64,000 bases of DNA from Hemiscyllium ocellatum. Its lineage: Eukaryota. The notes below the pieces were generated by a model. It worked only from the letters and a program-made list of their open reading frames with translations. It searched no databases and was not told the origin of the DNA. A program made the translations under genes and the position numbers. The stretch covers positions 359,040 through 423,039 of the forward strand of contig NW_026867442.1 of NCBI RefSeq assembly GCF_020745735.1, read 5' to 3'. Shown here in pieces: positions 63,440 to 64,000 of the stretch. Positions within the stretch are counted from its first letter, which is position 1, and every line of letters begins with the position of its first letter.

Positions 63440-64000
63440 ATTGATTTAAATAAATGTGAGGTACTGCATTTTGGTAAGGCAAATCAGGGCAGGACTTAAT
63501 GGGAAGGTCCTGGGCAGTGTTGCTGAACAAAGAGACCTTGGGGTGCAGGTTCCTAGATCCTTGAAGACGGAGTTTCAGTCAGACAGGGTCGTGAAGAAAC
63601 CGTTTGGTGTGCTTGCATTTATTGGTCAGTGCATTGAGTATAAGAGTTGGGATGTCATGTTATGGTTGTACAGGACATTGGTGAGGCCACTTTTGGAATA
63701 ATGCATTCAGTGCTGGTGTGTTGTCAAACTTGAAAGGATTCAGTAAAGGTTTACAAGGATGTTGCGAGGGTTGAAGGTTTGAGCTGAAGGGTAACCTTAA
63801 AGGTTTATAAAATCATGAGGGGCATGGATAGGGTAAATAGCCATGATCTTTTTTTTCCAGGATAGCGGAGTCAAAAACTAGAGACCATAGGTAAGAAAGG
63901 AAAAATTTAAAACTTACCTCAGGGGCAACGTTTTCACACAAGTATGGAATGAGAAGGCAGCAATAATTACAACATTAAACAAACATCAGATGGGTTTGTA
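63440..64000 (+). mobile_element. CR1/HER1 LINE fragment
   Basis: VLAFIGQCIEYKSWDVMLWLYRTLVRPLLE signature. Confidence 0.8.

Overview
Eukaryotic, repeat-rich DNA, almost certainly from a cartilaginous fish. It carries HE1-type V-SINEs, Deu-domain SINEs, CR1/HER1 LINEs and shark-type Penelope elements; an orectolobiform shark is my inference. No prokaryotic features or CRISPR arrays are present. The window has three parts. (1) 1-17.5 kb is the 3' end of an immunoglobulin light-chain cluster: an intact kappa-type (type III/NS4-like) constant exon at 3022-3350, a strong CTCF motif at about 11.75 kb and an inverted, truncated second C-kappa remnant at about 15.05-15.57 kb. I found no credible V, J or RSS. 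(2) 18.3-26.7 kb is a nested retrotransposon stack. A decayed full-length Tx1/L1-clade element is followed directly by a diverged ORF1-only relative that lacks ORF2 but keeps the 3' UTR hairpin and tail. That relative is interrupted by a young Penelope insertion (14-bp TSD, hammerhead motif) and an inverted ORF2 fragment. (3) 32.7-64 kb holds a CEP350 copy on the + strand. Fourteen exons (36402-61960) splice into 713 open codons. By comparison with vertebrate CEP350 recalled from memory, roughly 1,100 residues are missing across a 1.9-kb intron, with the frame preserved. The first coding exon is tandemly duplicated and both copies have TTG where ATG is expected. Several Penelope remnants carry minimal type I hammerhead cores, including a 189-bp hairpin-only insertion with a 13-bp TSD. 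All homology calls are by eye or from recall; no database search was run.
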